Positions 26,985-35,521 of a stretch of 64,000 nt of DNA are shown piece by piece; within the stretch, counting starts at the first letter, position 1; the number at the start of each line of letters is the position of its first letter. The stretch comes from a bacterium (GTDB lineage: Bacteria > Krumholzibacteriota > Krumholzibacteriia > G020349025), in assembly GCA_031362565.1 (NCBI GenBank), contig JANLSU010000006.1, forward strand, positions 33,605 to 97,604. Reading direction: 5' to 3'. The notes under the pieces were generated by a model that searched no databases, had not been told where the DNA came from, and saw nothing but the letters and a program-made list of their open reading frames with translations. A program made the position numbers and the translations under genes.

Positions 26985-29339
26985 ATGCGCGATCCAATCT
27001 GCGGAATGACGGTCGATCCCGCGTCGGCCGCCGGGGAATCGGCGTTCGAAGGCACGCGCTATTTTTTCTGCGGCGTGTCGTGCAAGGCCAAGTTTGACGC
27101 GAACCCGCGGCAGTACTTGAACGGGGAGGCTGCTTCGACATCCGCGCCCACACCGCCGCGAGTCGCGTCACTCCAATTTGTGGCGCGCCCCGCGCCGGCG
27201 CAAGCCGCCGCGCCACGGCCACCGGCATCGCCACCGCCGCCCGCGGCGGAATACACCTGCCCCATGCACCCCGAGGTGGTGCGGCCCGGGCCGGGGGCGT
27301 GTCCCAAGTGCGGGATGGCGCTCGAACCGCGGGTGATTGTCTCGGCCGAGGAGCCACCGAACCCTGAACTCGTGCGCATGACGCGCGCCTTCGTCGTGTG
27401 TACGGTGCTTGCCGTTCCGCTCGTTGCTGTTTCCATGACGCACGGTGGTGCTGCCGGCGGCTCGCGTGCCTGGATCGAATTCGCCCTCGCCACTCCGGTC
27501 GTCTTGTGGGGTGGCGCGCCATTCTTCGCTCGAGCCTGGGATTCGTTGCGCTCGCGCACTCCCAATATGTTCACGCTCATCGCACTCGGCACGGGCTCGG
27601 CGTACGGGCTCAGTCTTGTCGCTCTCGTGGCACCGCAAGTTCTGCCGGCCACATTCCGCGGGCAAGCGGCGCGCCCGCCGACGTATTTCGAATCGGCCGC
27701 GGTCATCACAACGCTCGTCTTGCTCGGCCAAGTGCTCGAGCTGCGCGCCCGCCGGCGGACGGGTGCGGCTATCCGCGCCCTTCTCGGGCTCGCACCGCGC
27801 ACTGCCCGCCGGGTCCGCGCCGACGGCAGCGACGAAGACGTCGGGCTCGAACTGATCGCCGTGGGCGACGTGCTGCGGGTGCGCCCTGGCGAAAAGATTC
27901 CGGTCGACGGTGTGGTCGTGGAAGGCACGAGCGCCGTTGACGAATCGATGTTGACGGGTGAATCGCTGCCGGTCGTGAAGGCGTTGCGCGACGCGGTCCT
28001 GGGCGGCACTCTCAACGGCTCGGGAAGTTTTCTCCTGCGCGCCGACCGCGTCGGCGCCGACAGTGTGCTGTCGCAAATCGTCCGTCTCGTGGGTGAAGCA
28101 CAGCGCAGTCGCGCGCCGCTCCAGCGCGTTGCGGATCGTGTCGCCGCGTGGTTCGTGCCGGCCGTCGTCGTGGTCGCACTTCTCACCTTCGCAGCCTGGA
28201 GTCTTTGGGGCCCCGAACCGCGCCTTGCGACCGCATTCGTGAACGCGGTCGCGGTTCTCATCGTCGCCTGTCCTTGCGCCTTGGGGCTCGCAACCCCGAT
28301 GGCGATCATGGTCGGCACCGGGCGTGGCGCACAGGCGGGCGTTCTCGTGCGGCATGCCGAAGGCCTCGAAATGCTGGCTCAAGTCGACACGCTCGTCATC
28401 GACAAGACGGGCACGCTGACCGAGGGCAAACCGCGCGTCGAGGCGTGTATCGCGGCCCCGGGCCACACCGACGAAGAAGTGCTGCGGTTCGCAGCGGCAC
28501 TCGAGCGCGCCAGCGAGCATCCGCTCGCGGCCGCCGTTCTGGATGCCGCACAAACGCGCCAACTCAAAATCCCCGCCGCCGGTGCCTTCGAATCATTGGC
28601 AGGAAACGGCATCCGCGGCACGGTGGAGGGACATCGTGTTCTCGCCGGCACGCCCGAGTTTCTGCAAAGCGCCGGCATCGACATCGACGCGCTCGCGGCT
28701 CGCCTGGCGGATTCACAGTCGGCGGCGCGTTCGATCGTGCTGGTCGCAATCGATGGCGTCGCCGCCGGCTTCCTGAGCATCGCCGACCCCATCAAAGAGT
28801 CGGCCGCCGAGGCACTTGCCGAACTGCGCCGCGAAGGCATCGCCGTCGTCCTCGCAACCGGCGACAATGAAGGCACCGCGAACGCCGTCGCCAAGGCGCT
28901 CGGCATCGACACCGTTCATGCGCGTGCTTTGCCGCAGGACAAGGCCGAGATCGTGGCGCGCTTGCAGGCGGCCGGTCACCGGGTGGCGATGGCGGGCGAC
29001 GGCGTCAACGATGCACCGGCCCTGGCGCGCGCCGATGTCGGGATCGCCATGGGCACCGGTACGGACGTCGCGCTGCACACCGCCGCTGTGACACTCGTCC
29101 GCGGTGACTTGCGCGGCATCGTCCGGGCGCGCCACCTGGCGCGGGCAACGGTGCGCAACGTGCGCCAAAATCTCTTCTGGGCCTTCCTCTATAATGTGCT
29201 GGGTGTGCCGGTCGCGGCCGGCGTGCTCTACCCATTCACGGGTTGGCTTCTGAGCCCCATGCTGGCAAGTGCCGCCATGAGCCTGAGTTCGGTGTCGGTC
29301 ATCGCCAATGCGCTACGCTTGCGGCGCACACCGCTCTGA
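26985..29339 (+). CDS. copA: P1B-type copper/silver-translocating ATPase with YHS and heavy-metal-binding domains
   Basis: RDPICGM/YFFC YHS domain, [42 protein letters not shown]. Confidence 0.95.
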   Translation: MRDPICGMTVDPASAAGESAFEGTRYFFCGVSCKAKFDANPRQYLNGEAASTSAPTPPRVASLQFVARPAPAQAAAPRPPASPPPPAAEYTCPMHPEVVRPGPGACPKCGMALEPRVIVSAEEPPNPELVRMTRAFVVCTVLAVPLVAVSMTHGGAAGGSRAWIEFALATPVVLWGGAPFFARAWDSLRSRTPNMFTLIALGTGSAYGLSLVALVAPQVLPATFRGQAARPPTYFESAAVITTLVLLGQVLELRARRRTGAAIRALLGLAPRTARRVRADGSDEDVGLELIAVGDVLRVRPGEKIPVDGVVVEGTSAVDESMLTGESLPVVKALRDAVLGGTLNGSGSFLLRADRVGADSVLSQIVRLVGEAQRSRAPLQRVADRVAAWFVPAVVVVALLTFAAWSLWGPEPRLATAFVNAVAVLIVACPCALGLATPMAIMVGTGRGAQAGVLVRHAEGLEMLAQVDTLVIDKTGTLTEGKPRVEACIAAPGHTDEEVLRFAAALERASEHPLAAAVLDAAQTRQLKIPAAGAFESLAGNGIRGTVEGHRVLAGTPEFLQSAGIDIDALAARLADSQSAARSIVLVAIDGVAAGFLSIADPIKESAAEALAELRREGIAVVLATGDNEGTANAVAKALGIDTVHARALPQDKAEIVARLQAAGHRVAMAGDGVNDAPALARADVGIAMGTGTDVALHTAAVTLVRGDLRGIVRARHLARATVRNVRQNLFWAFLYNVLGVPVAAGVLYPFTGWLLSPMLASAAMSLSSVSVIANALRLRRTPL

Positions 29340-29360
29340 TTCCCAAGGGGAGGCGCCACG

Positions 29361-30128
29361 ATGAGCCCCAAGGTGCAGATCGAAACCGAAGAAAACGGCG
29401 CGCTGTTCCGGCTCGGGCTCGATGCGCCGCCCGGCAACGTGTTGGATGTCGAACTCATCGATGCCCTGCGCGCCGCACTGGCGCGTGCCGCTCGGGACTC
29501 GCAGGTGAAAGCCGTCCTCATCGAAAGTGCCGGGGAGCATTTCTCCTACGGCGCGAGTGTTCCGGAACACCAGGCCGGCGAGATCGAACGCGCCTTGCCG
29601 AGGTTTCACGACCTCTTTCGCGATCTCTTCGATCTGGGCCGGCCGCTGGTGGCGGTCACGCGCGGCCAATGCCTGGGCGGCGGACTGGAACTTGCGCTAG
29701 GCTGTAACTGGATCTTTGCATCGCTGGAGGCGCGGTTCGGGCTGCCTGAAATCCGGCTCGGCGTCTTCCCGCCTCTTGGCTCGCTCCTGCTGCCGGGGCG
29801 CGTCGGCCGTGCCCAGGCCGAGATGTTGTGTTTGACCGGGAACATCCTCGCGGCAGAGGATGCACTGGAATGCGGCCTCATCGACTTCATGGCTGAAGAC
29901 CCGGCCATGGCCGCGCGCGAATGGATCCGCACCCAGTTGCTGCCGCACAGCGCGACCGCGTTGCACTACGCGACGCGGGCCGTACGAACGCTGGCGCGCG
30001 AGGAACTCGAACGCGGGCTCGAAGTTCTCGAACGCATGTACCTGCGCGAACTCATGCGCACCGAAGATGCACGCGAGGGAATTGCTGCGTTCTTGGAAAA
30101 ACGTCCGCCGCGCTGGAAGAATCGCTGA
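29361..30128 (+). CDS. Enoyl-CoA hydratase, cyclohexa-1,5-dienecarbonyl-CoA hydratase (Dch)-like
   Basis: PPGNVLD, HFSYGASV.EH, CLGGGLEL, PEIRLGVFPP, EGIAAFLEKR.P.W. Confidence 0.85.
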   Translation: MSPKVQIETEENGALFRLGLDAPPGNVLDVELIDALRAALARAARDSQVKAVLIESAGEHFSYGASVPEHQAGEIERALPRFHDLFRDLFDLGRPLVAVTRGQCLGGGLELALGCNWIFASLEARFGLPEIRLGVFPPLGSLLLPGRVGRAQAEMLCLTGNILAAEDALECGLIDFMAEDPAMAAREWIRTQLLPHSATALHYATRAVRTLAREELERGLEVLERMYLRELMRTEDAREGIAAFLEKRPPRWKNR

Positions 30129-30139
30129 AGGAGGCCGTC

Positions 30140-30556
30140 ATGCATGTCGAAGTAGGCTGGTCCTGGGTCGAGGACGAAACATCGCCCGAGTGGAACACGA
30201 CCGACTGTCTCTATGCGTTCACGGATCCCGAGAGCGACGAAGTTTTGTATCTGGGCACCGCCGCCGGCGCCACATTGAAAGCGGCGTGTGAAGCCACCGA
30301 GCACGAGGATCTCTGGAGCCGGTTGCGCGCCATCGAGGTCGACAATGTGGGCGTCATGGTGGGGCGTCCGAAAGTAGAAGGCGGCGCTAAATTGGATGCC
30401 GAGTTGCTCGGCGAGATTACGCGCCTGCTGATTTTCGAGATCGATCCGAGCGGCAATGACGACAACCAACCGTGGGTCGAGATTCGGTCGGGCCTTGAAG
30501 TCAAATGCAGCGGTGAGTGGCCGTACGAAGAAGCGGTGTTTCTCGCCACGGACTGA
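30140..30556 (+). CDS. Acidic hypothetical protein with GIY-YIG-like fold signature
   Basis: GGAGG RBS; CLYAF..VLYLG.A and LLI....PSGN patterns. Confidence 0.6.
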   Translation: MHVEVGWSWVEDETSPEWNTTDCLYAFTDPESDEVLYLGTAAGATLKAACEATEHEDLWSRLRAIEVDNVGVMVGRPKVEGGAKLDAELLGEITRLLIFEIDPSGNDDNQPWVEIRSGLEVKCSGEWPYEEAVFLATD

Positions 30557-30572
30557 AACGCAGCCCGTTCGC

Positions 30573-31553
30573 TCAGGGCTGCGTGAACAGACGCAGCACT
30601 GCACGCAATCCGAAGCCGTCGAGCCGGTGCTCGATCCGTAGCCACCGGCTCGGGGCCCCTTCCGGTCCCAAGAGCCAGCGCGACACGTGCTCCCACGCAT
30701 GCAGAATCGCCGGGAACGGCAATACGCTCGCGGTGCGGAAAATGGCGTGCTCCGACACCGCGGTGTCGATCACGGCGTTGACGGCGAGTGGCACGGGCGG
30801 TGACGTATCCTCCGACAAGGCCAGAACTGCAGCGGCCGGCGTCGAGCGCCGGGCTTGCAGGAGTTCGCTGAACCGCGGCGTTCCAAACGTCGTCGGCATT
30901 GCCACCCCGGTAAAGCGCGTCCACGCGTCGGGCAATGAATCCAGCAGCGTGATCTGCACCGCCGCAAAGCCTTGGCTTGTGAAGTCGAGCGCCCGCGCGA
31001 TCGCCAGGCTGCAGTCGACGATACGGCCGCGCGCATAGGGACCGCGGTCGTTGACGCGCGCCAAGACGCTGCGGTCGTTTTCGAGATTGTGGACGCGAAT
31101 GACCGAGCCGAGCGGCCAGGACGGATGCGCGACCGTGAATGCGTACATGTCGAAGATCTCACCCGAAGCGGTCGGCAGCCCCGCGAAGTCGGCGCCGTAC
31201 CAGGAGGCTTCGCCTTGGTCCGTGCGACAGCCGTTGGCGTCGTGGTGGCGAACCGCGGGCTCAAAGCTTGGGCCGGTGTCCCAGTGGATAGTCGCCGCGG
31301 AAGTCGCCGCGGCGTCAGCCGCGGCCTGGGAAGGGTCAGGATGGGGCGCGACCACCGGCGCCGCAACGGGACTCGCGACCGGCGCCGCAGAAGGATCCAG
31401 AGTCGGGCTCAGATGGAAGGGGCCAGGTTCGGTCAGGGGTTCTAGGTCGGCCGGAACCGGCGCCACAGTCGCATCTGTTGCCGTCTCGACTCCAGCGACA
31501 GTGGCTGGAGCAATGATGGCGAATGCCGCGACGGCGACTAGAATTCGGCGCAT
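30573..31553 (-). CDS. rlpA: RlpA-family (DPBB) lytic transglycosylase, no SPOR domain
   Basis: GEASWYG..F.G..TASGE.FD, VNDRGPY..GRIVDCS; signal peptide and Pro-rich linker. Confidence 0.85.
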   Translation of the reverse strand: MRRILVAVAAFAIIAPATVAGVETATDATVAPVPADLEPLTEPGPFHLSPTLDPSAAPVASPVAAPVVAPHPDPSQAAADAAATSAATIHWDTGPSFEPAVRHHDANGCRTDQGEASWYGADFAGLPTASGEIFDMYAFTVAHPSWPLGSVIRVHNLENDRSVLARVNDRGPYARGRIVDCSLAIARALDFTSQGFAAVQITLLDSLPDAWTRFTGVAMPTTFGTPRFSELLQARRSTPAAAVLALSEDTSPPVPLAVNAVIDTAVSEHAIFRTASVLPFPAILHAWEHVSRWLLGPEGAPSRWLRIEHRLDGFGLRAVLRLFTQP

Positions 31554-31796
31554 ATCCAACGACCCCTGGGGCGAGCCAACTCATGTAGCAGCCGGCGTGT
31601 GGGACCAGCCGATCTTACGGGCCGGGCTGGAAAGCCCGCAACCACCCTCTCGCGCCTTCCGGACGCCCCACGCGGAACGAAGCGCAACGGACGGGCCCCA
31701 TGCGGACCCCAGCGAGCGGCGCGCCAGCCGGCAGTCCGGACCCGCGTCGAGTTATGCAAACATAAATTTTACAACGACTTAAAGATGAGGATCAGG

Positions 31797-32474
31797 CTAG
31801 GGAACCGTCGTGACGGAGCGTGCATCCAGGACCACGATGGTGCCTTGGAAGCCAGCCTCCTGGAGGCGGGTGAGTGCTTTTTCGGCCTGCCGGCGCTTTT
31901 CAAAGGGGCCCGCGTGGACCCGGACGAAGTCTGGATGGCGGTGCACGGCGACGGAATCGTCGACCGGCGCCACCCGGGCGCGCAGGCGCCGCGCATTCTT
32001 GACGCTGTCGAAGGCGCCGAGCTGCAACCAGTAGTCACCGTCGTGCGGTTCGACGGCGCGCGGCGCGTCGGGCCAGTCGATCGCCACCTCGGCGGTGCCA
32101 CGGCGGCGGAAACCGAGGCTGCGGGCCGCCGCCTCGCTGCAGTCCAAAATCCGGGCGCCCGCGAACGGGCCACGGTCGTTGATCCGCACCAGCACCGACC
32201 GGCCGTTGCCGAGGTTGGTGACGCGCACCATCGATCCGAGCGGCAGCGTCCGGTGCGCCGCCGTCATTTTCAACGGGTCGAAGACCTCGCCGGATGCGGT
32301 CGCCCGCCCCGCGAACTCGGCGCCGTACCACGATGCCGAACCCATCGCAATGTGGGCGGGTCCGAGGGACTCGTGGACATCGCGCCGCGCCGCGCCGCAG
32401 CCCGCCGCCACGATCGCGACTGCCACCCACGCGGTGTGGCGCGCGACCGGCGCTGAAACAATGCGACGCAGCAT
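31797..32474 (-). CDS. rlpA: RlpA lipoprotein with C-terminal SPOR domain
   Basis: Lipobox VAAGC, ASWYG, TAAHRTLPLG, INDRGPF; SPOR motif LQLGAF..RV..GPF. Confidence 0.9.
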   Translation of the reverse strand: MLRRIVSAPVARHTAWVAVAIVAAGCGAARRDVHESLGPAHIAMGSASWYGAEFAGRATASGEVFDPLKMTAAHRTLPLGSMVRVTNLGNGRSVLVRINDRGPFAGARILDCSEAAARSLGFRRRGTAEVAIDWPDAPRAVEPHDGDYWLQLGAFDSVKNARRLRARVAPVDDSVAVHRHPDFVRVHAGPFEKRRQAEKALTRLQEAGFQGTIVVLDARSVTTVP

Positions 32475-32782
32475 GGACGTTCGCTCCTCAGGCCCTGCCG
32501 AGGTCGATCGAACGACACCCGGCGCGGCCATGACTTGGCCTTGATCTCGTACCGGCCATTGAGCAATTGCCGTGACCAGGCTGCGATCGCGGTCTGGAGC
32601 GTTCAAGGTCACTACCGAGAACGACTTGCGGCGCCGCACCCGTGATCGGATCGCGGCCGGAACGCAACACCGCACGGGCCCGCGCCGGGATCCGATGCGG
32701 TCGAGCGCGGCAGGATGAGGCTGCAATGGGGCGGCGCGACTTGCAGTTCGACAGCGCGCGGACGCCACCTCTAAGATGAGGC

Positions 32783-33811
32783 ATGCTGCAAGTGGGCTTG
32801 GTCGGACTCGGGATGCATGGCCGGCGTTACGCGAAGCACCTCGCCGAAGGCGTGGAGGGCGTGCGGCTCGTTGCTGTCTGCCAGCGGCACCGGAACGAAC
32901 TCGAGCGCGTCGCAACCGAACTCGGGGTGACGCCCTACACCGAGGTCGAAGCGCTCGTCGACGACGCGGAAGTCCACGCTGTCCTGGTCGTCACGCCGCC
33001 GCCGGCCCACTTGCCGGTCGTGCGCCTGGCGCTCGATCGCGCCAAACCGGTGCTCGTCGAAAAGCCGCTGACGCAGACACTCGCCGAAGCGATCGAGATG
33101 CAAGCGATGGTGGCGCGCAGTGGCGTGCCGCTCTTTTTGGCGCAGACGCTGCGTTACAACGAAGCTCTCTTGGCGGCGCGGCGCGAGTTGCGGCGCATCG
33201 GCCCGGTGCGCTCGATTACCGCGTCACAACGCCTGCCGCATGCGGACTTGCAGTGGCAAAACACCGAATCCACGAGCCCGCTCGGCTCGATTCTGAATAC
33301 CGGGGTGCATCTCTACGATCTCGTGCGCTGGATCTTAGGCGCCGAGTTCGAGCGCGTGTATTGCCAAGCGCGCCGGGTGCAGAATCCCTTTCACGAGGAT
33401 CTTTTCAAAGTGCAGGCAACGTTGCAGGGGCACGATGCCCTCGTGGCGCTCGAAGTCGCCAAATGCACCGGATCGCGCTCCTCGAACCTGGAGATCGTCG
33501 GCGCCCAGGGCCAGTTGTGGGTCGACTATCAGGTGGACTCGGTGACTTTGCTGCAGGGCGGCGAGCGCACCGTGCTCCGGCCGCCGGGATCCACGCCCAC
33601 CATTCCGCAAATGCTCGCCGACTTCGCCCAGCACTTGAGCAACGGCCAACCGATGCCGATCACGGTGTTCGACGGCGTTCGCACGCTGGAAATCGTCGAG
33701 GCGTGCTATCGTTCTCTGGCGGAAGACCGCGCCGAAACGGTGGCGCGCCCGCACCTGGTGCCGCCGCCGCGCCTGGTGACCCCCGCCGAACTCGATCCGC
33801 CGCAGCGCTGA
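32783..33811 (+). CDS. Gfo/Idh/MocA family oxidoreductase
   Basis: GLVGLGMHG Rossmann motif, VLVEKP and GVH..D. Confidence 0.9.
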   Translation: MLQVGLVGLGMHGRRYAKHLAEGVEGVRLVAVCQRHRNELERVATELGVTPYTEVEALVDDAEVHAVLVVTPPPAHLPVVRLALDRAKPVLVEKPLTQTLAEAIEMQAMVARSGVPLFLAQTLRYNEALLAARRELRRIGPVRSITASQRLPHADLQWQNTESTSPLGSILNTGVHLYDLVRWILGAEFERVYCQARRVQNPFHEDLFKVQATLQGHDALVALEVAKCTGSRSSNLEIVGAQGQLWVDYQVDSVTLLQGGERTVLRPPGSTPTIPQMLADFAQHLSNGQPMPITVFDGVRTLEIVEACYRSLAEDRAETVARPHLVPPPRLVTPAELDPPQR

Positions 33812-33824
33812 CCGAGGAGTTCAG

Positions 33825-34172
33825 ATGAACGACTCGCCCGTGATCCTCCCCGATGCCATTCGCCGGCTCTTCTGGGAGCACGGCGAGGGAGATGTCTCCT
33901 GGGAAGCGCACCGTGACTATGTCGTCCAGCGTGTTCTGGCGCGCGGGGATTGGGATTCGATCTGTTGGGTGCGCCGTACGGCCGGTGATCCTGTCCTGCG
34001 CGAAGTCCTCGTTCGAACGCGCGGCCGCTGGCTCAGCCCACCACAGCTGCGCTTGTGGCAACTCGTCATCGATCTTCCCGACGCCCTCGTCGACGAGTGG
34101 CTTCGCGCCCCGGGCCGGGCAATCTGGGACCGGCGCACGGCACCGACATCGCACATGTTCTGGCCGCGCTGA
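33825..34172 (+). CDS. DUF6922-like putative antitoxin (C-terminus probably altered by deletion)
   Basis: RRLFWE......HRDYVVQRVLARGDWD...W pattern. Confidence 0.7.
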   Translation: MNDSPVILPDAIRRLFWEHGEGDVSWEAHRDYVVQRVLARGDWDSICWVRRTAGDPVLREVLVRTRGRWLSPPQLRLWQLVIDLPDALVDEWLRAPGRAIWDRRTAPTSHMFWPR

Positions 34173-34282
34173 CCTACTTCGAAGATGCAGAACGCGAGCC
34201 CATGCCGGCGATGCTCTGGCCCGAGGATTGGCCGACGGTCCAACGCACGGTTCGAGATTGGGTCAAAGCCTACGCGACGTAA
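34140..34282 (+). pseudogene. C-terminal remnant of an AbiEii-like nucleotidyltransferase
   Basis: HVLAALTYFEDAEREPMP.ML...W..V resembles the conserved AbiEii C-terminus; the rest of the gene is absent. Confidence 0.6.
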
Positions 34283-34325
34283 CCGGTTCGTATTGTCGGC
34301 GGCCCTCGGATTCATCGCCCGAGTC

Positions 34326-35207
34326 CTACGAATCGATCGCCCCCATGCGGCCTTCTTGGTAGTCGCGGACGGCCATCAGGATTTCGTCCTGGGTGTTCAT
34401 GACGAACGGGCCATAGCGCGCGACGGGTTCGCGGAGCGGTACGCCGGCGATGACGAGCGCTCGCGCCGGCATCTTGGCGTCCGCGGCGCACGTCAAACGG
34501 AGCGTGTCGCCCGGACCGAAAACCCCGATCTGGCCATCGCCGACCGCCGTCGCCTTCGAGCCCGCCTGCAACTCGCCTTCGAACACATAAACGAAGCCTT
34601 CGAAGTCGGCGGTGAGGGCAGTTTCGACGATGGCTCCCGGCCGGAGCGTCCAGTCGTGATAGGCGATGGGCGTGCGGGTTTCGATCGCCGCCGAAACGCC
34701 GAGCGCCTGCCCAGCCAGAACCCGGGCGCGTGCCAGACCGTCGGCGCTTTGCGCTTCGGGAATGCGATCGCGCGCCAGCTCCTGATAACGCGGCGCCATG
34801 AGTTTGTCGCGCGCCGGCAGGTTGACCCACAGTTGGAAACCGTGGATGCGGCCGCCTTCCTTTTGGATGCGGCGTGATGGCATTTCGGAGTGCACGACAC
34901 CCGCGCCGGCAGTCATCCACTGCACATCGCCAGGTCCGATCGCGCCGCGGTGGCCGGCCGAATCCTTGTGTTCCATTTCACCGGCCAGCACGTAGGTCAC
35001 GGTTTCGAAACCGCGGTGCGGGTGATCCGGTGCGCCCACGGCGGCGCCGGGGGCGTAGTCGACCGGTCCCATTTCGTCGAGCAACAGGAACGGGTCGACG
35101 AGCGGCACACCCTGGGTCGGAATGGCGCGGCGCACGATGAAGCCGCCGCCTTCTTGCTGCCGGTGCGAGGTCGCGACGCGCGCGATCTCGCGGATGAGCT
35201 GGCTCAT
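34326..35207 (-). CDS. Pirin family protein
   Basis: DPFLLLDE, DHPHRGFETVTY, QWMTAGAGVVHSE, QLWVNLP, YGPFVMN. Confidence 0.95.
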   Translation of the reverse strand: MSQLIREIARVATSHRQQEGGGFIVRRAIPTQGVPLVDPFLLLDEMGPVDYAPGAAVGAPDHPHRGFETVTYVLAGEMEHKDSAGHRGAIGPGDVQWMTAGAGVVHSEMPSRRIQKEGGRIHGFQLWVNLPARDKLMAPRYQELARDRIPEAQSADGLARARVLAGQALGVSAAIETRTPIAYHDWTLRPGAIVETALTADFEGFVYVFEGELQAGSKATAVGDGQIGVFGPGDTLRLTCAADAKMPARALVIAGVPLREPVARYGPFVMNTQDEILMAVRDYQEGRMGAIDS

Positions 35208-35521
35208 GGGAACTCCTTGCGGAACGGCCCTCGCCGGACTCGCGGCCGAAGGCAGCCAGTCCGGGTCTGCGAACTCGCCGCTGATTGAAGCACGGCGCGG
35301 GCTCGCGCACCAGCGCCTGTGGGTGAAGCGCACCAGCGCGTCTGTGTCTGAAAACCCGCTATTGCGTCGCGGAACCGCTGCGCCTGCCTCACGGTGCCGC
35401 GTCGCTTCGCGGCGCTCCGCCGCTGCGTGGCCCGCTGGTTGCGTTGTCCAGAGCGACCTTCCCGAGTCGGCACGACTTCCTGGGATCGAGTCGTGACGAT
35501 CCGTGTTCGCTGGAGGCACGA

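Noticed and set aside
31560..31790. Possible riboswitch (c-di-AMP or c-di-GMP) upstream of rlpA
   Set aside because: Consensus elements not found; a plain promoter candidate explains the region.
35305..35352. Imperfect tandem duplication GCGCACCAGCGC..TGAA between pirin and the phosphoesterase
   Set aside because: Only two short copies; cannot be distinguished from a local slippage duplication.
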